DNA of 64,000 nucleotides from Novakomyces olei (Eukaryota): NCBI GenBank assembly GCA_016906335.1, contig JADEYG010000002.1, positions 1,550,001 to 1,614,000 of the forward strand, read 5' to 3'. Shown piece by piece: positions 51,665 to 64,000 of this stretch (position 1 is its first letter; each line of letters starts with the position of its first letter). The notes under the pieces were generated by a model. It saw only the letters and a program-made list of their open reading frames with translations, ran no database searches and was not told where the DNA came from. The position numbers and the translations under genes were made by a program.

Positions 51665-52650
51665 TTGTAATAGCTTTAAGCCTCTGTTTAATTGTCTGTT
51701 TTGCTCAGTCGCGTAAAGTCGGAGCGAGATACTCGATCAATTACTCTAATCTTTTCTCGTTTAATCTTATACAACTCTTCTATACACTGTTGTCTTTGCA
51801 ATACACAAATATCTGACATTGCTCATGAATTGGTAATTCAAAAGTTTGGATAAGGAAACAGCGTATTAGATCAAAACGATTAAAATAAACTATCGTCAAA
51901 ATGGATACTAAATTTATTTCAGTTTGTTTCATCCTTGTTAGACGCGATTTGACGCTTTGGATTGTCTTAGCAAGCGTGTTCCTTGTCCCGGTCGCTGTGG
52001 TTGTGAAGTCTAACCTTATAAGCTTGCACAGAACTTTGTCCAGAATTATGGTAGTTTGTACAATCGTCCCACGCTAAATTGCTACCAAATTGATTGGTAT
52101 TGGAAACAAAAAAAGAAATGTCAGATCATACAGTTGAACAATCAACCCTCGACTACAACTGATTGGACAGACACATCATAAAATCTGTCCGTGACGTTGG
52201 GGTTGTGGGCTGCTGCCTAGTTATTATAACAGTTTAAAATCCACTCTATAATCCACTATATAATGCCCATTATATAATCCCAATTATATAATCCACCATG
52301 AATAATCTACCAATATGATCTGCCATATATAATCTGCCAAATAGTACCGAAGCTATAAGATAACGGCGTCTTGAAGCAGTGATGGTTTCAAAGCACTAAG
52401 ATTAATATTTAAACTACATAGAACTATGGGCGAATAGGTCCCTAACTTTTGTTCCCTTTTAATAGCATTTTCGATAAGAATCCCTTCAAGTTAGTGGTTT
52501 AAGTGGCTGCGAGGGGATAAATCGGGGATAGCCCAATGTTAGGTTATCATAACACGATATTGAGCTTAAGCCCTTTCATAGTGTAGTACAGTATGTATAA
52601 TCGACCAAGAATGAAAAGATTTTAAAATTCACATAATCAGCTGCGCCAGA

Positions 52651-53156
52651 ATGGTCAAGCTTGAAGAGGAGATCGACGATCAAGCGCCGATTATCGGTAA
52701 GCACTCGTTTGGCACAGCGGCTTATTCGAATAGTAGAAAACAGCGATGATTACGAGGATGCTTCGGATACAGCCAGCAGTATCTCGGACGTTGATAACGA
52801 TGAAGATATTGCTTTACCGCTAGAGGAGACCTTGTGGGATCGTATTGTGGCCCTGAGAGATATTGTTCCCGTCAAGCAGCGGACATCGTTCTTGCGCGCG
52901 TCTTCCACTACTTTTCGCACGGCCGCCCGGGTGGCTGGGTTCACGGGCCGCTCAGTATGGGCTCTTACCACGAGCCTGCTCTTGTTGGGATTCCCGCTGC
53001 TTATGGCCTTTGAGGACGAGCAGCGTCTAGTCGGTATGTTTTAATTCTGGAAAAATCCATAGTTACTCTAACTTTGCAGAAATGGAAAAGGACCTTAAAA
53101 TCCAGCAGGGCGCCAACGAGCTTTTGGCACCCGCCAGTCCTGCGAACGACAAGTAG
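52651..53156 (+). CDS. TOM22: Mitochondrial import receptor Tom22, 3 exons
   Basis: MVKLEE, acidic N-terminus, ETLWDRIVALRDIVP, TM segment WALTTSLLLLGFPL, EMEK..QQGANELL. Confidence 0.93.
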
Positions 53157-53261
53157 TTTACTCGGTTTAAATTTATGATTTTAAAGATGCCAAGGTTTTA
53201 TGCCGTATTGCTTTATACTATATACTATATTGACTTTGTATTGGTTTTATGCCTATTGGTT

Positions 53262-54935
53262 TTATGCTGTGTTGTACACCCCGTACCCCGGTCTTCCAAT
53301 AACCCGAGCGAGCGACGGTACGATGCCTTCCGTTTCAAAATCAAGATCGTCCAGATTTACGTGTGTATATGTCCTCCACAGCAGTGTAGCATTCAAGCGG
53401 CTGTCAAGCCTCATTGATCTCGGCCCGAGCAAAATGGTGCTGGAAGCGTTAGCAAATGTAGATTGCAGGGGCCTTGATTACCCAAATTCACAGTAATCAC
53501 TGGACGACGGATGGCGGTTTATATACTTCAAGACCTGCTCCGGCTCCACTCCGATCAAGTGAGTAAACTGCGTACCTTGCAGCCCTCCCGCCAGCCATGT
53601 GGGCGGGTTGTAGCTTTTGTAGACCAGAACCTGCTTCAGCCCCGGTTTACCGAGACTCTGGCAGCCTTTGTCGAGTTCGCGTACAAAGTCCATTGCTGGA
53701 ATTATTCCGTTCTGGTGCAGTACGCCATAAAGTAGGGTAAGCGCTGCGGCAAACACAACGGCAAATGGCAGTATTGGCCTCAAACGTACCGGAGACCGCA
53801 GCATATTTCTAGCAATATCAATCCACAAGAACGAAGCGGCGGGTAGCATGAAACGCATTTCCTGATGGGGCAAAAAGGACAAAAACAAGAGTCCGCCAAA
53901 GCTGGCCAGTGCTGAAAGACTGCGCGTACTAAGGGGAAACACAAACACGGCAAAAGGGCCTAAAAGCAGAGGCAGATTTACTGCAGCGTGCAGTACAAGA
54001 GGATGCCGTCCATGGAGAGCCAAATTTTCGGTGTTGCTGTTGTACACAAAGTTGTTGAGCGGCACTAGAGCTTCTCGCCAGGAAGCACAAGCGTAAAAGT
54101 ACCTGTCAACAGCAATTTGCACGATGGAGGCGAGAGCGAACGGCACTACGACACTAATCGCCAATACTGGTCTAGCAAATTAGACGCGAAAATACGCTAC
54201 AGAGAGTGCACTAACCTTTTGATAAAATAAGGCAAAACGCTCATCAAAGGCAGGCACATGTATGCAGCAAACGTAATCCTTGTAAAAAGCCCAAGTGACA
54301 AGACAACGCCAAGGAGTAAAGGCCTTTGAAATGCACTGCCTCGTTTCCCCACCGAGACTAATTGCTGCACTAGATAAAGGCTTAACCCTAGGTAAATTGT
54401 TTCCAGGGAATTGGTAAATGTATGTGTAAGCATGGAAATTGTGGGCCAGCTGGCAGCGTACAGGACGACGGCCAATTTTCGGGATTCTCTTGGCGACAAA
54501 GCCCAGACTGTGTAGTCTGGCGGATCAGCCGTGTAAAGTGTCGAGACATACCACATAAGAGCGAATAACCCACCGTCAGTATTCGTGTTACTCGCCAAAT
54601 CACGATTGGACGAAAGCCTTGAGGCAGTTAGGAGAGAGGCGGTAGAGGACAAGCCGAGTTCTTACGCTTAAAAAGAAGCATGGCCCAGCCATAGCTGGCC
54701 AGTAATGGCGGCAGGGACCGGACGGGTCGGGCGCAGGTAAACTCCCAAGGCAGATCAACCTGCCATTTCAAAATATACGCTAGCATTAGTCGAGGAGAGA
54801 ACAGTGTGGCGTACAAGCAAGCGGCTGCAGAGTCTGCAATTGCTCGTCGGGGTGGATGTACGAAGTGCCGAGCGATACAAACAATCGAGCAGCCAGTAAA
54901 CAGGCGTATAATGCAACAAATTTGCTGTTGATCAT
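53262..54935 (-). CDS. SMP3: GPI mannosyltransferase 4 (Smp3/PIG-Z, Alg9-like family), multi-exon
   Basis: SYIHPDE.LQ, LPWEF..PVRS, THTFTNSLET, LGLFTRITF, PLNNFVYN..NLALHG.HP, HQEMRF, HQNGIIP, HVNLDDLDF. Confidence 0.93.
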
Positions 54936-55168
54936 GCGGACAGTCGTGTGGGCTGTCGGCGCGATAGTTGAACTGCAATCATTCTCGTGCTCCAATGGCC
55001 TTGACGAGCCAAAGCTCATGTTAATCCTAACGTAGCTCTGCTATAACATTGCTTTACCATGTTAACCCTAAAAATAAATCTGCTAACCCTAACAATAGAC
55101 TTTTAGCCTATCTATTATAAATGTCTAGATAATTCTTTCTGCTAAACGTATCATCGGCCAAGTAGGCA

Positions 55169-56051
55169 ATGGACGATTGGAGCGAGGACAGAAAAGATTT
55201 GGCGCGGCAGCAAATAGCACAGCTGTTACGGGACTCTGCACTTGCGAATGAAGAAGATGTCGATTCGTACAGAGATTTCATTTTTGTGCTGTTGAATAAC
55301 GACAAATCAGCACAAGATATTGAGGCAGAGCTGATAGACTGTACGTTGGGGCGAGTCGAGAGCTTTACTAAACAGCAGTGATTGGCGATGAGATCCGCGA
55401 CGGCTTTGTTTCGCGGTTATTAAGTTTGACCGCGATTGCTGGTGACAAAGCGGATGCGAGCGACAGCTCTCTTGAAGTGTAAATGTTTAAAGTGATCAGT
55501 AAACTAATTCTGTAAAGCGACCAGCGGCAGCTAAAATCCCACTCGGGGCCACAAAGGACCCGGGATACACGGACGCGTCCACACAACGCGGGCCAAAGGC
55601 CTTTGGGATCAAAAGTATGGTTGCAATTAACGATTGCCATTAACTTTTAATAGGAAGGAGAAGAGGTTATTCCGCTGTGCAAGTACGGTGATCATTGCAG
55701 TAACGTCGCCTGCCAATCTGCACATCCTACACCAGCAGCGCCTATGAATGAAGGCCTCGTGCTAACGTCTGCTTCTTGCGCTTTCGGCGCAGAGTGCACG
55801 AATACCGACGTATACAATCGCTTGTTCTGGTTGGAAATATCTAATTTTGGCAGTGTACCCGGGGTCACCCTAGCCGGGCGTTAAGCAAAAACCGGATACC
55901 CATCCCGTGCAGATATGATCCATGCTTGAACCCGCTCTGCAAGTTTTCACATATACCAGTGGCCCGAGGCAATCGAGTATGGCGAAGGCAGGACGCAGCG
56001 GCAACTAGCGCTACATCTGATAAAGCTGCAGGAAAACAAGAGCAAGTTTGA
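55169..56051 (+). CDS. NAB2: Nab2-like poly(A)-binding CCCH zinc-finger protein with a PWI-like N-terminus, multi-exon
   Basis: FIFVLLNNDKSAQDIEAELID; three CCCH fingers: CKYGDHCSNVACQSAHPTPAAP, CAFGAECTNTD/CTRGHPS, PCRYDPCLNPLCKFSH. Confidence 0.8.
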
Positions 56052-56254
56052 TGGTGGAGTGTGGAAGGGTGCACGAGACGCAGAAAGGTTTGGCTACTGT
56101 GTGCAGGCTTGCTGCGTATGATTCGAGGTCGTTTGCCTAGTGTGCTACATGGAAGTATACTCAATAAATTTAATTTAATTAAATTAAATTAAACTGAATC
56201 GAAATCAATCAATCAATCAATCAATCAATCAACTGCTCAATCCGGGTGAGTTAA

Positions 56255-56395
56255 TTGGATAGTGTATCCCGTGAAATCAAAAGGATCATGAACGAATCTA
56301 TCGAAAACACCAGCTTCAACGTATACATATATTGCAATACTCGTGTAGTCTTCGGGTATTCACGAGGACAACGTCAATTTTGACGAAGGACAGAA
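56255..56395 (+). ncRNA. Candidate H/ACA snoRNA
   Basis: 5' hairpin GATAG/CTATC with an internal pocket, H box AAAACA at 56304-56309, 3' hairpin CTCGTG/CACGAG capped by cUUCGg, ACA at 56390-56392. Confidence 0.4.
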
Positions 56396-56691
56396 TAATT
56401 CAAATAATGTACGATATATGTGTGTATTTTAATATACGTATATTTTAATGTACGTGTATTTTATAGAATACGTGTATATTACAATATACAAGATAATATA
56501 GAAAGAACATGAAACAGAACCATAATGTATCCCATTCTCCTACATACGTACGTTTATTACGAAGAAATTACGGTATAGATACGTCGGTAAATGATAAAAA
56601 AAAGTATACCAGCCCACGCGATCAGTTAGGGTTTTCCGCACTAATCTTATCGTAAACACGTTTACACCAATCGGCGCGCCATCGTCTCCCA

Positions 56692-57090
56692 ATGGCGGTA
56701 ACTGTGCACGCGGAGAAAGAGTTCCTCGGCGATGAGCCCTTTGAGCTTATAACTCACTCAAGCGCTGATCCTCTGATAAGCGCAGGCACGAAGCGACGCG
56801 TCAGTATCTCTAGTGCACCGAAGGAGGATGGCGCGGATGACTTTGAAATACTTTCCCAAGCACCTTTGTCGTACGCCGGTGTGCTTGCTCTCGGTGGACA
56901 AGTGAATAGTGGCAGCCGAGCCGCCACAAAAGTGACGCGTCCTGTTTTTAGTAAAGCTACTCTTCCGTCTGTGGGTCCGGCTGTAAGGGAGACGGAGTTT
57001 GCTGTGCGGACGACGGAGCAGTTAAAGAAGCTGCGAGCCATAGCGCGTCAGCGTCATATCAACGCGAAGCGTCTCGCACGTGGAGAATAG
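56692..57090 (+). CDS. Hypothetical protein, 132 aa
   Basis: GC-rich intronless ORF bounded by AT-rich DNA, good ATG context, basic C-terminus; family not recognised. Confidence 0.65.
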   Translation: MAVTVHAEKEFLGDEPFELITHSSADPLISAGTKRRVSISSAPKEDGADDFEILSQAPLSYAGVLALGGQVNSGSRAATKVTRPVFSKATLPSVGPAVRETEFAVRTTEQLKKLRAIARQRHINAKRLARGE

Positions 57091-59017
57091 AGCGAATTTT
57101 CGGGTAATATATACTTGCAGAGTGCATACTAACTAAGTCAGGTTTTTTCGGTTTTGGCGAAATATTATAATGCATTCTTTCAATCTGTATGGACCATGGA
57201 TGGGCGGCTTTGGCTTTGCTTGATAAATAGAGATGTAGGTTTTCATCGTTTTCTTGCGATAACAAATTTGGAGAATAATTGGATATTATTTGATTAGCAG
57301 TAAAATCATAACTGTAAATTTTTATTCAAATGAATCTGACGCCTGCCGCAACCCGACGTTTCCGCGACTCGGGTTTGTTTACATACACGTTATCGGCTGC
57401 TTGCGAGTCGGGTTGCTGAAATCTATACTAATAATTTACGTAAGCTAGAAATCTCATGTTTACTTGAATATATACCAAGTATCTTTGAAAGCTTAAAAGA
57501 AACTTCTCATTCGCCCAAAACACTCCCACGCATCTCGATAGCTTTTAGTTTTACGCGCCGGATGGAGAAATGATCACTAGAAGACGAATGCGGAGACGCT
57601 AGTACGGGAATAAAACGGGAAAACGTAGAGCTAAAATTGGCAAACCTGCTTTTAATTAATGGGTGGAGGGAGCTTTGGTACACTTGCAATAATTCCAAAC
57701 CGTTTCCCAGGTTCGTCACAAGTATTACTAGCCACAAATGATGAAACCTTATAATGAATTTGAATAATTCAGGTACTATGAGAATGGCGAGACTGAGAAA
57801 TGAGTAGCCAATCGCTTGTTTAATCCGTTTTCTCAATTTCAATTCCTCGCGTTGCCAAAATCGGAGTCTCGGAGTTAAGTTCATTGCCGAACTGGCAAAG
57901 TAGCACAACTTTAAACCGTTTCTTACGATTTAATAGCCATTTGAAAATAGTATACGATAGTTTAATTAAAATGTATAAGGAAAGGTTGAATAAATTAGCC
58001 CTGTAGACAATCTACTGCTAGACAATTCTGCCATCAAGCTTTTGAGGTGATTAGAGTATTAGAAAGTTTATTGACAGCCTACGATGCTTGCCTTGGTATA
58101 CGTCTATAAGTTTACAAAAAACCGCATACTAAGAATAGTCTCTTTTGAAAAACAGGAAAATGCAAGAGAAAAAGTTGAAATGCATGTTCTGATCAAGATG
58201 GACTAACAGTGTCACATAGGTGGTACAAACGAACAGGTTTCCGACACGCAAAAAGTCACATTGCTAATACCAAACTATACTGCTTAATATATGAGAAAGA
58301 CGCTAAACTAGCTCTTGTGATTCATAAGCCAATAAAAATAATCGCCGTAGACTAATGGAAAGGACTACTGAAGACAAAAAATCACACAGCAGAAAAGCAT
58401 TCAAGAATATATGGACACTGTTACGCTGAATGTAGATCAGCAAATTCAATTTACCATGATTAGTGCTAAGTGTCGCGGGAAGCGCAAAAAATTCATATTA
58501 AAACCGCGACAAACTTTATCTGCTCCTGTAAATAATTATATACATTTTGCAGATCATTTTATAATATATAATAACAAGATTTGGAAGCTGTGACGCGCTG
58601 ATAGACCAGACGAAAGATTAAAAGCTGACTGTAGCACCACCAAGAAGGCTTTTACCGTGCATTGGCCTTAACGTGATTTGCAATTTAAGAGTCGAATTTT
58701 CTTAAACTGCTCCATCAAGTTCAAGAATCGAATAGCTTGGAATTCTGAATTCTCAAAGCTTCAGCGTTTAAAACCAACAGATTTGTGCACAAAGCTAGAT
58801 CAAAGGAAAATTTGGGAGGAACTATCGAGGCTGGAACAGCTAATCCTTATCTAAACGTCCGACTGATTGCATCTTTCAAGGCAGCAAGAGAAAGAACAAG
58901 AAAGCCAACATCAAGCTCGTATCGAAGAAGCGCTAAAGATAAAGGCTAACCAAAAAAAGTTAAAAAATTATTAAAAAAAAGATCAAATATTCAAAACAAA
59001 CCTATTATTCAAACTGA

Positions 59018-60477
59018 ATGTGCAGCACAATAAAGTCTGTTGTCCCAATGCTTTCAGTTTCACGCGGAAAGCAGCCTGTGCGCATTGGTCGAGGACGTTC
59101 ACGAAATGGCTGTTTAATGTGTAAATTGTAATTATTGTTTTTGTTATTTTTTTCTTTCTAATCTCTAAACTTACAAAATCTAGGCGTCGAGTCAAATGCG
59201 ATGAAGCACGGCCACAGTGCCAAAACTGTTTGAAAGCAAAAAGGCCATGTTACTTTACCGACACTCGCAAATGCAAAGTTGAAACTGCATTAGCAACAGC
59301 GACGGAGAGTAAGCCAGCTCTTGAATTCGATACGAGTGAGCTCGTTAGCCAGTACTTGCTTACTCAGTGCACACAAAAGTTTTTCGGTACTTGGGGCATT
59401 AGTCGCGCGAGCAATCCGACACTTTTCCTGGGCTGTTGGATAAAAGACGTAGTGGATTTGTTGGTGCCATACATAATGTCATCCTCGGCAGCCAGATGTG
59501 CTCTTTTAGCCAACAGTAGCATGGACAAGATGGAGACGTACACAATGGCACTCAATTATTCTCGACAAGAATTGCTCTCCTTCAATTTCACTCAGGTACA
59601 AACTGCCCGAGTGCTGTTGGTGACGACACTGCTGGCCTGGTCGTGTTTGGAGCAGCGCGACTATAACGGCTTTATCTGCCATACACAGGCGAGCAGACGC
59701 ATAATCAAAGAGTACTTTCGTACACGCAAGCGCGAAGTCAAGATAACGGATCATCTTCGCTCTGTGATCGATTTGCACATCAGGTTTAGCACTATGTTCC
59801 ATATACCCACACGCAAATACGATCGCAGCGTATTTAAAAGCGTCATCGCCTTTGTGGAATCGGAATTGGCCTCAGAGACGGACGATGTCGAGTTTTACGC
59901 AATGCTGCACAACTCCATACTGCGCGACAGTGAGCGGCTGGATGCGTGTACTGCCATTAGGAAACATATGACGTGGAAAACGATATTAAACAATAATCTC
60001 GTTAATGCTTGTGAAGTTCTGACTTTGCAAGCAATGGTACGGCGGTACCGTGAGAACGTACGGACGACGGAAGAAATTGCGCAATACTTTTGGACATCGT
60101 ACACGGATATGAAGGATATGTGCAGTGAAGATTTACCTGTCTTTGAGTGCTTTTGCTCCGGTATTTTTTGGGTTTTTCTCGTCCAAGTTGATATGCACCG
60201 ACTTGCACTCGATCATGGGCTTGCAACGCTTGATTTTGCCCTGCCCAAAATTATAGAGTGCCTCGATTACTGCGGCCGATTGCTGTGTGATATAGTACGC
60301 GTCTTTCCTGTTCACACTTTTAACCGATCAATGCTCGGGATTTCATGGTACATCAAGGACGCTGCGACGTATGTCTCCCGCATACAAACCGTAGACGCAA
60401 TGGACATTTTCAAATGGTCTCCAGTTCTCGCTCAGGTCATGAGAGAGCTGCAAAGCGTAACGATGCACGTTCGGTGA
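59018..60477 (+). CDS. Zn(II)2Cys6 transcription factor; short intron inside the zinc cluster
   Basis: Spliced sequence RSRNGCLMCKL/RRVKCDEARPQCQNCLKAKRPC, followed by a helical fungal transcription-factor domain. Confidence 0.9.
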
Positions 60478-60493
60478 TTATTTATTATTTATT

Positions 60494-60762
60494 AATAAAT
60501 GAATAAATGAATAAATGAATAAATGAATAAATGAATAAATGAATAAATGAATAAATGAATAAATGAATAAATGAATAAATGAATAAATGAATAAATGAAT
60601 AAATGAATAAATGAATAAATGAATAAATGAATAAATGAATAAATGAATAAATGAATAAATGAATAAATGAATAAATGAATAAATGAATAAATGAATAAAT
60701 GAATAAATGAATAAATGAATAAATGAATAAATGAATAAATGAATAAATGAATAAATGAATAA
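60494..60762. repeat. (AATAAATG)n perfect 8-mer, about 33 copies
   Basis: Directly visible; begins about 17 bp after the Zn2Cys6 stop codon. Confidence 0.98.
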
Positions 60763-61006
60763 TTAGCTACTAAAAATACTACACAATGTAGTGAGATTAT
60801 ATGAAGTCTGTATATTTTTACTTGAATTTATTATACATGTCTATTTATGCACTATGCCAACGGCTCTCGTAATTTGTTTCTTCTACTATTATGATTTGTT
60901 TATCAGATTTCATTATTTCAGCTCTTCCAAACTGAAATCATACCGCGTTATGTACATTCTCAATAACGTTGGTCAATGCCGTCTTTCGTATTCCCCTCTT
61001 TTACCT

Positions 61007-63490
61007 TTATAGCTGTTTACTAGACTTGATGATCCTCCATAATAAACTGGTGCTCATAGACAGGACGAGAGTGCTGAATACGGACACCGCCAGAATAAGC
61101 TTATAGTTTACCGGCTCGTTTTCTTCTTTCGGTGGCTTTGTTGTCGAAGTAAATGGTATTTGGCCAGCACTAACAATCTGGGAGTTTAGTACGCTTCCAT
61201 ACCAAAAAAAAAAAATTAGATTAACATAAGATAGAAAATAAAAAGAAAGTGAAATGAAAGAAAGGGGGAGACTAAATATAAAGGAAAAAAGTCATAATAC
61301 CTGAGCGAATAAATCACTTGTCGCCTGCCACGCAGAACTGACGTGAATCGGTGAGGCAAGTCCGAGAGAATGAGCGTACGATTCCGGTTGAACAAAGTAC
61401 CGCTGTTGCTGCCGATCAAGGTCGGCTTTTGTCGCAGCAAAAATAATAGGCACCGTTTTCAGTTGAGAGTGCTTGTCGATAATTGTGGGGATAAACGCAA
61501 AACTTTTGGGGTCTGATGAGTCGTAACACAAACAAATGACATCACATTTTTCCAGAGAATCAATCATTTGTGGTATTTCGTCCTCGTGAAATTCTTGTAT
61601 CTGCGAATTAGTTAGGAGTCTGATGAGAACCAATCAACGGCCGCAAAATTAAACAAAGTGGCTACAACTGTCCTATTCACCCAGCCGATATACTTACAAT
61701 TAGGTACGCCTGCCTGCTATCCGTTTCCACACTGTTTACAACCGTTCGAGGCGCAAATGGTTTGGAGGTCTCTAACGCATTGCCTAGAAAGCTGCTCATG
61801 AGCGAAGACTACAGGTTAATAATTCGAGCAAAATTAAAAAGTGCGCTTCACAAACCTTTCCAGATCCTTTGCTCCCCAGGATATAACATAAAAAGCTATT
61901 GCGTTCTACCGTAGAAGCACGCTTTAGATTGGCATAATGTTTACGACTTTTAGTCACACGAAATGCATCAGCGATCGAGCCGCGTCGATCTACCCGAAAC
62001 CCTAAATAAGCCAAGTATTCAAAAGTAGCCTTAAAATCGAGTAAAGCCATCATGCTCCACTGTGCAAGCCACCTGTAAATTGTTAGAAATTGGTATTTTA
62101 AAGTAGGAATACCCATTATACGTCACGTAGCCGCTCTCATTTCGAACAGTGCATTCTGGAAACTGATAATGCCGCCAAAGCTGTGGCACACCAGGCGTAT
62201 GCTGAAACAAAGCATCCAGTTCTGCAGAATTAAGTGCTCCATCGTTGTCACGATCAAACAAGTAAAAAAGGTCAACTAAAAAGCTGTAGCCTAAGGCACG
62301 GATCTCGACACTCTGATTAGGCTTCACGTCCAGCGATGGATGCAAGAAAGCATCACTGAGACTTAGACTGTCAGTATAGTGGAAACTGCGTAAAATCTGC
62401 CACGTTGTCTCCTGGCGCCCCTTTTCTGCATAGATCCGATTTAAAGCGATAAAACCTGCTTCTGATATGCCTTTGGACGATATATACGATGGATCAACGC
62501 GTGCCACGGCTGATTTCACATCAGTCAGCTCAGCTGCTGGGAGAGACCGCCCGAAACAAGTGTCCTGAATTTGCTGCAGCTCATCGTCATTTAAATACCC
62601 ATCTTTATTTTTGTCGCATAAAACTAGGATTAGAAAACAAAATAAAAACGTAGATAAATGAATAAATATGTTTACACATAAATCAAAGTAAACAAGTCTT
62701 TTAAATAAATGTTTGTCGTACAGAATACACGTTCCAAGGCAGCAATTGCATCAGGTTTCAGGCATTGTTCCTTCGAGTCCCATAGTGGCGCGAGTGGGTG
62801 GGTAACACTGCGTTTGCACAAGTATAATGCCTCATTAATATTTATATGTTCCTTTGCGCTACAATGAACACAGGCCTCAACCTCCTTGAATTCGTGCATT
62901 ATGGGCAGCATTTCCTCATGCGTTTTCGAATGAAGGTCTGACTCAGAGCAGTTGTCGCATTTGTTCTCGCATAGTATTACCGGAACATTTACACCACATG
63001 ATCGAAACCAAGGCAGCCAGTAAAGGGAAACGCGCTCGCACGAATAGTTGTCTGCATAGACGAGACATATCACATTAGCCTTGCGTATCTCGCGAACCAG
63101 ACTATCGCGCTCCGAAGGGTCAGCTATAATTTAGAATTCGACCGTGGATATGGAAATGACGAAAATTAAGTAGGAATACAAAGAATGGCAAATCAAAAAA
63201 CCTCAAATAAACCCAAATTAAATAAAGTAAAAAGTGAAAGCCGAAATAAAAATTAGTCAGCCCTTACCTGACGTATCAACAATCACAGTATTGACAGTCT
63301 CGCCGGCCAAAGGATCAGCAGGAATCGATATAACGGGCACGACACGCTGAATGTTCTCCACAAAAGTAGCCTAATATTATCAGTTTCTTGCTTTTAAAAA
63401 AAACGCTATTATTACCTTGACAAAGCACGCAATCAGCGAAGACTTGCCCACACTATCGTCGCCACAGACGACGATGCGTACATCTGACAT
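61007..63490 (-). CDS. GEM1: Mitochondrial Rho GTPase Gem1/Miro, many exons
   Basis: [30 protein letters not shown] hands (DRDNDGALN), WLAQWSM, second GTPase (ILGSKGSGK), ATKADLD, C-terminal TM anchor. Confidence 0.96.
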
Positions 63491-63581
63491 GACACACAAA
63501 TCTGTACCTTTACGGCTCACGAGCACATCGTGATTGGTGTGCCAAACGCTTTATACATGTGCCAAATGATTATTTATTTTA

Positions 63582-63840
63582 TTTATTTTTGGCTGCAGTT
63601 TATTCGCAGACAACGAGTATCAGCAAAGCAAGTAATCGTACCTGCCTGATAATGTATGGCACTGTTAACCATAACCCTAGCTCGCGTATTTGGTGCGAGA
63701 GATTAGATCTAGACTTACCGGCCGATAAATTTGCGCTATATAAAAGATGTATTGGAAAAAGGTTGGAATAATATTCATATACAAGTAACGCTTTGTGCTG
63801 AGCACGCGATATGCTCTGATAGGAAACGACCACAATCCTG
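63582..63840 (-). CDS. Probable 3' exons of an unidentified gene continuing beyond the window
   Basis: Short segments separated by GTATAT/GTAAGT/GTACGA..AG introns can be joined as IVVVSYQSISRAQHKALL/RKFIGR/VMVNSAIHYQA/AKNK*; family not recognised. Confidence 0.3.
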
Positions 63841-64000
63841 ACAAATAGATTGGCGAATAAAACAAGTGGAAAAAAGAGGGAAAAGAGGGAAAAGAGGAAA
63901 AAAAGAAGAATTAAAAAAAGAATTAAAAAAAAAAAAATAAATCAAAATAAAAAGCATCCCATCTATAAGTGCTTAGCGCTAGCGTCACGATGGCTGTTCA

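Noticed and set aside
57738-57796. C box ATGATGA ... D box CTGA as a C/D snoRNA
   Set aside because: No terminal stem and no recognisable rRNA antisense element; such short boxes occur by chance.
57507-57908. 133-aa minus-strand ORF or transposon relic
   Set aside because: Non-ATG start, no domain motifs, and no terminal repeats or transposase signature.

Overview
Gene-dense, intron-rich fungal (ascomycete) nuclear DNA. HomolE/HomolD boxes, a short Nab2 and compact spacing fit an early-diverging, fission-yeast-like lineage (inference). About 30 genes were reconstructed by manually joining exons across GT-AG introns with CTRAY branch points, so exon boundaries are approximate. Most are housekeeping genes: Nrm1/Whi5-like, NT-C2 protein, MED31, KU80, RPC31, S1P lyase, dynactin p62, thioesterase, cystathionine gamma-synthase, RRN3, ILV2, DUF1764, TEL2, RIM2, Raptor/KOG1, SUR7-like, RPS11, TSR2, SPATA20/YyaL, TRS120, TOM22, SMP3, NAB2, a Zn2Cys6 factor and GEM1. 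I recognised no tRNA, rRNA, CRISPR array or intact transposon. The main observations are: (1) an orphan secreted precursor with acidic repeats and a dibasic-flanked cationic amphipathic peptide; (2) a protein with a NuSAP-like motif that only appears after splicing; (3) a tandem coronin (Coronin-7/POD-1 type) with an acidic-Trp tail; (4) two candidate H/ACA-type RNAs; (5) a palindromic ACGGGSCCCGT core shared by two divergent promoters; (6) many unrelated tandem repeats, some of which multiply TATAAA 5' of genes or AATAAA 3' of genes. All family assignments come from motif recognition, not database searches.
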